Assembly (NCBI GenBank): GCA_963741955.1
Contig: CAVUKB010000006.1
Coordinates: 256,001 to 320,000 of the forward strand
Length of the DNA stretch: 64,000 nt
DNA from: an uncultured Acidobacteriota bacterium
GTDB lineage: Bacteria > Acidobacteriota > Thermoanaerobaculia > Gp7-AA8
Direction: 5' to 3'
Positions 57,724 to 64,000 of the stretch are shown piece after piece. Every line of letters begins with the position of its first letter. The first letter of the stretch is position 1. The translations under genes were made by a program, and so were the position numbers. The notes beneath the pieces were generated by a model, which did not search any database, was not told the DNA's origin, and saw only the letters and a list, made by a program, of their open reading frames with translations.

Positions 57724-59067
57724 TCAGAGTGCGGACGAGAGCGTCACGTTGAGCGCCCGCTCGATCTCCTTTGCAAGAAGACCCTCCTCGCTCTCGCGAA
57801 GATCGTAATAGGCTCGCACCATCGGCTGGTCGATCTTCAGCACGCGGGTGAGGTCGATCGGCGTTCCGATGATCACCACGTCACACGGGGTCCGGCGGAT
57901 CGTCTCCTCGAGCTCCGCGATCTGCTCGGCGCTGTAACCCATGGCGGGAAGAATCCCGCACGCGTTCGGATATTTCCTGAAAGTCGCGGCGATGGAGCCG
58001 ACTGCGTATGGTGACGGGTCGACGATCTCGGAGACCGCGCCGTTGCGGGCCGCGACCACGCCGGCGCCGAAGCCCATGCCGCCGTGTGTCAGCGTGGGTC
58101 CGTCTTCGATGACCAGCGCTCGCTTGCCGCGAACCGCGTCGGGGTCGTCGAGCCGGACCGGCGACTCGGCTCGGATCACCCGCGCTTTCGGGTTCAGCTC
58201 CGCCGCGGTCGCTTCGATCAGCTTGATGTTCGCTTCATCCGCGGTGTCGCACTTGTTGATCACGATCACGTCGGCCATCCGGAAGTTCGTCTCCCCCGGA
58301 AAGTAGGACGTCTCGTGCCCCGCGCGGTGCGGATCGGCGATACAGATGTGAAGAGTCGGGAAGTAGAACGGGAGGTCGTTGTTGCCGCCATCCCACAGGA
58401 TGATGTCGGCTTCCTCTTCCGCACGTTCGAGAATGCGGCCGTAGTCGACGCCCGCGTAGACGACGAAGCCGTTGTCGATGTGCGGTTCGTACTCTTCACG
58501 CTCTTCGATGGTGCACTTCTCCAGGTCGAGGTCCGCGTAGCTCGCGAATCGTTGACTCGCCTGCGCTGCGAGGTACCCGTAGGGCATCGGGTGACGGATG
58601 GCGACGACTCTCTTTCCCAGTTGCTTGACGATGCGCGAGATGTAACGCGTGGTCTGACTCTTTCCCGACCCGGTACGGACGGCGGTGATCGCGATGACCG
58701 GGCGCCGGGAGCGAATCATCGTCTGACGGGTCCCGAGAATCTCGAAATCCGCCCCCGCTGCCTGGCAGAGCGCAGCCAGATGCATCACGTGGGAGTAGGA
58801 GACGTCGGAGTAGGAGAAGACGCAGAGCTCGATTCCGAGATCCGGAATCAGGCTTTGAAGCTCGCTCTCCGGGTGGATGGGGATTCCTTCCGGATAGTTC
58901 GGTCCCGCGAGCTCGGCCGGATAGCGGCGAGCATCGATGCCGGGGATCTGGGTGGCAGTGAAGGCGACGACGTTGTAGGAGGGATCGTTGCGGAATACGG
59001 TGTTGAAATTGTGGAAGTCGCGCCCGGCGGCTCCGAGAATCGCGACACGTCTGGGGGTCAGTGACAT
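57724..59067 (-). CDS. Cyclic 2,3-diphosphoglycerate synthetase-like P-loop protein (COG2403)
   Basis: GAAGRDFHNFN, RTGSGKSQT, RHPMPYG, WDGGNND, EDGPTLTHG. Confidence 0.8.
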   Translation of the reverse strand: MSLTPRRVAILGAAGRDFHNFNTVFRNDPSYNVVAFTATQIPGIDARRYPAELAGPNYPEGIPIHPESELQSLIPDLGIELCVFSYSDVSYSHVMHLAALCQAAGADFEILGTRQTMIRSRRPVIAITAVRTGSGKSQTTRYISRIVKQLGKRVVAIRHPMPYGYLAAQASQRFASYADLDLEKCTIEEREEYEPHIDNGFVVYAGVDYGRILERAEEEADIILWDGGNNDLPFYFPTLHICIADPHRAGHETSYFPGETNFRMADVIVINKCDTADEANIKLIEATAAELNPKARVIRAESPVRLDDPDAVRGKRALVIEDGPTLTHGGMGFGAGVVAARNGAVSEIVDPSPYAVGSIAATFRKYPNACGILPAMGYSAEQIAELEETIRRTPCDVVIIGTPIDLTRVLKIDQPMVRAYYDLRESEEGLLAKEIERALNVTLSSAL

Positions 59068-59631
59068 AAATCCTCCGTCGATCTATCTCGGGAGATCGGC
59101 CCTTGCGGACCGGCGCAGCTCGGCCGCCTCGGCGGCCATCGAACATCATGTCAGAGTGGCCGGAGCCTGTACGTGACCCTCTTCACAGAAAGTAGTGACG
59201 ACATCGTCGGAGCTCGCGAGGTGTCGAAGTACCGCGCCATTCTCGTTCCGGCCTGAGAGTGATGATCGCCCCGCCGCCCCTCCCTCGCAGCGGAAAGAGG
59301 TGTTGCATTTTGTTTCGAGCAGGCACTTTCGAGGTGAATGGACGGAGCTCTGCAGCCGGAAACAGCGCAGCAATCGGGTCAGAATGGACCCCGGGCGATC
59401 AGACCCTGACCCGCGTTTACGCGAAATTTCCTGGAATTGCGTTCATTCTGCGACCCATCAATAACGGAGGATATGCCGACAACCTCAGCGCGACGAGAGG
59501 TTTGCGGAGGGCGCGCCCTCGTGGCACCAGCAGAGCCATTGCACGAACCGGACTCGAATCGTTCGCGGGGGCCGTTCTGCGCCCCGCGCCGCTTTTGTGA
59601 ACTCGTATCTATGAAATGAAAGGAAGCATGA

Positions 59632-61704
59632 ATGAAGAAGTTCCTTCTATGCCTCGCTCTCGGAAGTCTGGTCGCCCCGGCAGCGATTCTGGCCGGCCCT
59701 CCGCCCGAAGTCTCGCACTCGGCGCGGAGCGCGACGATCCACACTATTCGTGAACTCCCGATCATTCCTCCGGGACATGGTTATCAGCGCGAGAAGCCGG
59801 AGCCGAAGAAGTTCGGTGGACCGGCAGACGGTCTTCCGGCCGGTCGCCGGGACCCGGCAATCGGAACCGCGACCGTGACGCCTTCCGCCGCGCTGTCGAT
59901 CCCGAGCTCGTTCGCAGGAGTCGGCGTCGAGAACTGGAACGTCCGCTATGCCCCTCCCGACACGAACGGCGCGGCCGGACCGAACAACTACATCCAGTGG
60001 GTCAACGACGCCTACGCGTTCTGGGACAAGAGCGGAAACATGATCTACGGACCGGTCGCCGGCAATACGATCTTTCAGCCCCTCGGTGGATACTGTGCCC
60101 AGTACAATGACGGCGATCCGATCGTGCAGTACGACAAGGCGAACGGCCGCTGGATCCTCAGCCAGTTCGCCGTGAGTCAGGGATCAAGCGCCGGATATCG
60201 CCAGTGCGTGGCCGTCTCGCAGTCGAGCGACCCGATGGGCGGCTGGAATCTCTACGAATTCAACTACGGCACGAACTTCAACGACTACCCGAAGATCGGC
60301 GTATGGCCCGACGGCTATTACGCGACGTTCAACATGTTCCGCCGCGGCAGCTCGTTCAACGGCGGCGAGGTCTGCGCATGGGACGCAGCAGCGATGCGAC
60401 GCGGCGACGCGACCGCGAACCAGGTCTGCTTCAACGTCGGCACGAGTTACGGCGGGCTCCTTCCGTCCGATGTCGACGGTTCCACGGCGCCGCCTGCAGG
60501 GGCTCCGAACTACGTGCTGAATTTCGGCACCAACAGCCTCAACGTCTGGAAGTTCCACGTCGACTGGGCGAATCCTTCCGCGTCCACATTGACCGGACCG
60601 ACCAACATCGCCACCGCAGCGTTCAGCAGAGCGTGCGGCGGCGGAACCTGCATTCCCCAACCGGGAACCAGTAACCAGCTGGATTCGCTCGCCGACCGGC
60701 TGATGTACCGCCTCGCGTACCGCAACCATGGCGGCGTCCAGTCGCTGGTGGTGAACCACTCCGTAACTCCGGGCAACGGAGCTTCGTCCGGAGTCCGGTG
60801 GTACGAGCTGAGAGTGAACAACGGCAATCCCTCTCTCTATCAGCAGGGCACCATCGCACCGGACTCCAACTCCCGCTGGATGGGAAGCGCCGCGATGGAC
60901 AAGAACGGGAACATCGTGGTCGGCTACAGCATCTCCAGCGGCACGACCTTCCCCGACATCGTCTACACCGCGCGCACTCCGAACGATCCGCTCGGCAGCA
61001 TGCCGAACGGCGAGGTCTCCCTCAATGTCGGGCTCGGATCGCAGACGGGAACCCTCCACCGCTGGGGCGATTACAGCAGCATGAGCGTCGACCCGACCGA
61101 CGATTGCACCATGTGGTACACGACCGAGTACCTCACGTACAACGGCACGTGGAACTGGAGCACCCGGGTCGGCAAGATCACTCCTCCCGGATGCGGATCG
61201 ACGTCGACCAACAACCCTCCCGTCGCGAGCTTCACGTACTCCTGCACCGATCTTCAGTGCAGCTTCACCGATACCAGTACCGATTCGGACGGATCCGTCA
61301 CCGGATGGGGATGGACCTTCGGCGACGGCGGAACGTCCGCCGCGCAGAACCCGAGCCACACCTACGGCGCCGCGGGAAGCTACACCGTGACTCTCACTGC
61401 CACCGACAACGGCGGGGCGAGCGCATCGTCCTCGCAGTCCGTCAGCGTCACGGCACCTCCGCCGCCTGGCGGGATCACCCTCACCGCAACGGCATCCAAG
61501 GTCAAAGGCGTCGATACGGCGGATCTCTCGTGGAGCGGTACGACCGGTTCGACGGACGTCTACCGCGACGGCAGCGTGATCGCGACCGTCTCCGGAACTT
61601 CGTACAGCGACAACACCGGAACGAAAGGTAAGGCCTCGTTCACATACCAGGTCTGCAACGCCGGAACGACGACCTGCTCCGCGCAGCTCCCGGTCAGCTG
61701 GTAA
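59632..61704 (+). CDS. Secreted protein with PKD domain
   Basis: Signal peptide, PPDTNGAAG...RWGDYS domain, WTFGDG PKD motif, C-terminal small beta domain. Confidence 0.8.
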   Translation: MKKFLLCLALGSLVAPAAILAGPPPEVSHSARSATIHTIRELPIIPPGHGYQREKPEPKKFGGPADGLPAGRRDPAIGTATVTPSAALSIPSSFAGVGVENWNVRYAPPDTNGAAGPNNYIQWVNDAYAFWDKSGNMIYGPVAGNTIFQPLGGYCAQYNDGDPIVQYDKANGRWILSQFAVSQGSSAGYRQCVAVSQSSDPMGGWNLYEFNYGTNFNDYPKIGVWPDGYYATFNMFRRGSSFNGGEVCAWDAAAMRRGDATANQVCFNVGTSYGGLLPSDVDGSTAPPAGAPNYVLNFGTNSLNVWKFHVDWANPSASTLTGPTNIATAAFSRACGGGTCIPQPGTSNQLDSLADRLMYRLAYRNHGGVQSLVVNHSVTPGNGASSGVRWYELRVNNGNPSLYQQGTIAPDSNSRWMGSAAMDKNGNIVVGYSISSGTTFPDIVYTARTPNDPLGSMPNGEVSLNVGLGSQTGTLHRWGDYSSMSVDPTDDCTMWYTTEYLTYNGTWNWSTRVGKITPPGCGSTSTNNPPVASFTYSCTDLQCSFTDTSTDSDGSVTGWGWTFGDGGTSAAQNPSHTYGAAGSYTVTLTATDNGGASASSSQSVSVTAPPPPGGITLTATASKVKGVDTADLSWSGTTGSTDVYRDGSVIATVSGTSYSDNTGTKGKASFTYQVCNAGTTTCSAQLPVSW

Positions 61705-61727
61705 TCGGCCAACCGACCCCGCATCAG

Positions 61728-61759
61728 AAAGGCCCTGGCGCGCCGCCAGGGCCTTTTTT
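61728..61759 (+). terminator. Rho-independent terminator
   Basis: AAAGGCCCTGGCG-CGC-CGCCAGGGCCTTT hairpin running into a T-tract. Confidence 0.85.
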
Positions 61760-61820
61760 CGTGCAGCGTCACTGAAACTCCCGACGGAGTTGGTCTAAAC
61801 TTGGCGATCTGGAGGAGATC

Positions 61821-62849
61821 ATGTCCCGGAACACCTTCGCCGTCTTCACGTCAGCACTCCTTTTCGCTTCGCTCCTCGCCGCTCAGTCTCTCCCCGATCT
61901 CTTCAAACAGGCCCAGGTCGAGTTCCAGCAGGGAAAACACGAGAAGTCACTCGCGACACTCGACCAGCTCGAGAAACTGAGCCAGGCGCCCGGTCACGAA
62001 GCGGACCGCGAGAAGCTCGTTCCCGTGATCGCCTTCTTCCGTGGCGCGAACGACGCGTCACTCGGCCGCCACGACGAAGGGGTCGAACAGTTCCAGATCT
62101 ATCTGAAGTACTTCCCGACCGCGCGGCTCGATTCGTCGAAGTTCCCGCAGAAGGTGATCGAAGTTTTCGACGACGCGCGAAAGACGGTCGAGGCGGCGAA
62201 CAGCACGGCCGCGAGAACGCTCGAGGGCGCGTACGGGATCTTCCACGTTCCTCCGGGACAGACGATCGCCGCCGACGAGAACTGGGCCAGAACGCCGGTG
62301 CGTTACTTCATGACCGCGGCGGAAACGTCCCAGTGGAAAACCCTGAAGACAGACGACGAGCGCCAGAAGTTCGTGGACGACTTCTGGAAGAAGCGTGACC
62401 CCGATCCCTCCACGCCGGCGAACGAGTTCCGAGCCGAGATCGAGCGCCGAATCCTCTTCTCCGACGCGGCATTCACCGTCGAAGACGAACCGGGACGCTA
62501 CCAGGACCGCGCACTCGTCTTCACCGTGATGGGACCGCCGAACATCGCCACGCGGACCCAGCTTCGCGACAGCGACGATCCGATCGACGCGATGCGCAGC
62601 GGTACTCAGGGACAGAACCTCGGCGCCGGACACCAGACTGCCGGATCGCCGTCCTCTCTCCACAGCGATTTCTCGTACGGGATGATGGACAAGTGGACGT
62701 ACCGCAAGGACCATCTCGCGAAGGTGGTCTCGTTTCCCGAGCTCGAGATCTCGTTCATCACCAAGCGAGGATACGGCGCCGGTGTGATGCAGAAGGACGC
62801 CAAGGCGCTCCAGGCTCTCGATGCGACCGCGGCGCAGTACCGGAAGTGA
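61821..62849 (+). CDS. GWxTD-domain protein with N-terminal TPR-like helices
   Basis: FVDDFWKKRDPDPSTPANEF..E..RR...DR.LV...GPP; signal peptide. Confidence 0.8.
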   Translation: MSRNTFAVFTSALLFASLLAAQSLPDLFKQAQVEFQQGKHEKSLATLDQLEKLSQAPGHEADREKLVPVIAFFRGANDASLGRHDEGVEQFQIYLKYFPTARLDSSKFPQKVIEVFDDARKTVEAANSTAARTLEGAYGIFHVPPGQTIAADENWARTPVRYFMTAAETSQWKTLKTDDERQKFVDDFWKKRDPDPSTPANEFRAEIERRILFSDAAFTVEDEPGRYQDRALVFTVMGPPNIATRTQLRDSDDPIDAMRSGTQGQNLGAGHQTAGSPSSLHSDFSYGMMDKWTYRKDHLAKVVSFPELEISFITKRGYGAGVMQKDAKALQALDATAAQYRK

Positions 62850-62918
62850 GGGCGTAAGCTCGAGATCCCCCGGCTCGGGACTTCCAGACCGCGGGACCTC
62901 CACCGCTCACGACGTGTT

Positions 62919-64000
62919 TCACTCCCGGGGGTAATACCCGCTCACGGTGCGGATCTCGACTCCGGATACCGTCGCCTTCACCTTGACGCGCCGCCAGCGA
63001 TCGGATGGTTTGTCGCTGTGCGAGTGGTAGACGATCAGCTGCTGATTTCGAAGCTCTGTCCGGATCTCGGAGTAGCGTTTTTCGAGCTGATCGAATCCCT
63101 TCAACTCCAGGAACAGGCCTCCCGATCCGCTCGACAGGCGCTTCATGTCGTAGATGCCGCGGCGATTGTCGAGCGCCGAGAAGCCTCCGGATGCACTCCG
63201 TACCGCCACGGTTCTCTCGGTCGTGTCGTGCCAGCCGTAGAGCCCCTGTTCCCCCGGCTTGGAGTTGATGTACACCACGTACACCGGAACGCCGGTCCGT
63301 TTCGCCAGATCCATGCAGGTGTTCAGGCTGTAGACGCTGTTGTTGTCCTGTGCATCGGTCAGGACCACCAGTGCCTTCCGGCCACCGAGCCCCTGGAACT
63401 GCATCAGCGCGAATGCAATCGAGTCCCACACCGCCGTCCGCCCACCGGCGACGGTGTCGATGATCTCTTTCGAGAGAACCTTCAGCTCTCCGGTCGCCGG
63501 CGTGACGAGGTGGGGTCGGGTCTTGAATTCGGCCACGAACGCCTCATCGTTCTCGGTGAGGGTCTGTTCCAGGAATCGTATCGCCGCCTCCTGCATGGGA
63601 ACCATCACGCTCTTCATGCTTCCGGATGTATCGATCAGGAGCCCGAGGGTGAGTGGAATGCTGGCGGCCGGGACGACGCGATCCACTCTCTCCCGGCGGC
63701 GATCCTCTTCCACCACGAGATCCGACGGGGCAATGCTCGCCACCGGGGTTCCGTCCGCATGCTCCACCGTCGCGTAGAGCTCGACCAGGTCGATCTTGAC
63801 ACTCGCGGTAGCCCCTTCCGCGTTGACCATCTTCACGTCTTCGGCGGTCGTCCCGTCGTCGAGGGTCGCGACCGCGCGAAGGTATCCGGGGACGGGCGTC
63901 TCCGGAAGAGCGACGGACCGCCGCCAGGGAGGCCTGGACATGCGGCCCACCAGGAGCTCGTTCCAATAGACCTCGACGCCGGCGACCTTCTTTCCTTCCG
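62919..64000 (-). CDS. VWA domain protein (5' truncated by window edge)
   Basis: DTSGSM MIDAS, GRTAVWDS, RKALVVLTDA; frame is open to the window end. Confidence 0.85.
   Translation of the reverse strand, partial: EGKKVAGVEVYWNELLVGRMSRPPWRRSVALPETPVPGYLRAVATLDDGTTAEDVKMVNAEGATASVKIDLVELYATVEHADGTPVASIAPSDLVVEEDRRRERVDRVVPAASIPLTLGLLIDTSGSMKSVMVPMQEAAIRFLEQTLTENDEAFVAEFKTRPHLVTPATGELKVLSKEIIDTVAGGRTAVWDSIAFALMQFQGLGGRKALVVLTDAQDNNSVYSLNTCMDLAKRTGVPVYVVYINSKPGEQGLYGWHDTTERTVAVRSASGGFSALDNRRGIYDMKRLSSGSGGLFLELKGFDQLEKRYSEIRTELRNQQLIVYHSHSDKPSDRWRRVKVKATVSGVEIRTVSGYYPRE

Overview
GC-rich bacterial chromosomal window with about 55 CDSs. I found no rRNA, tRNA, CRISPR array or intact transposase. 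The gene content (GWxTD protein, two Ig+VWA proteins, wHTH-FHA regulator, IPT/TIG secreted paralogue) suggests Acidobacteriota, possibly Thermoanaerobaculia; this is inference. The standout is a tightly coupled 8-gene minus-strand operon (23830 to 15428) downstream of a Cys-rich PAS-LuxR regulator. It encodes a Cyc2-like cytochrome-porin fusion, a type-1 copper protein, a GltD/NfnB-like NAD(P)H flavoprotein with extra ferredoxin clusters, a Rieske protein, a split cytochrome b6/subunit IV with a non-canonical Qo motif, an octaheme cytochrome c and a monoheme lipoprotein cytochrome c. Together these could form a complete electron path from the cell surface to the quinone pool and NAD(P)H. A second, separate MtrA/MtrB-type decaheme-porin pair without MtrC lies at 50797-54004. 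Also present are families of ~165-185 bp palindromic MITE/REPIN-like elements sharing a central hairpin motif, a SigG-type ECF regulon with a recognisable promoter, a DUF2239 gene with a sigma70 promoter and twin palindromic operators, and exosortase H. All product calls come from motif recognition by eye; no database search was run.
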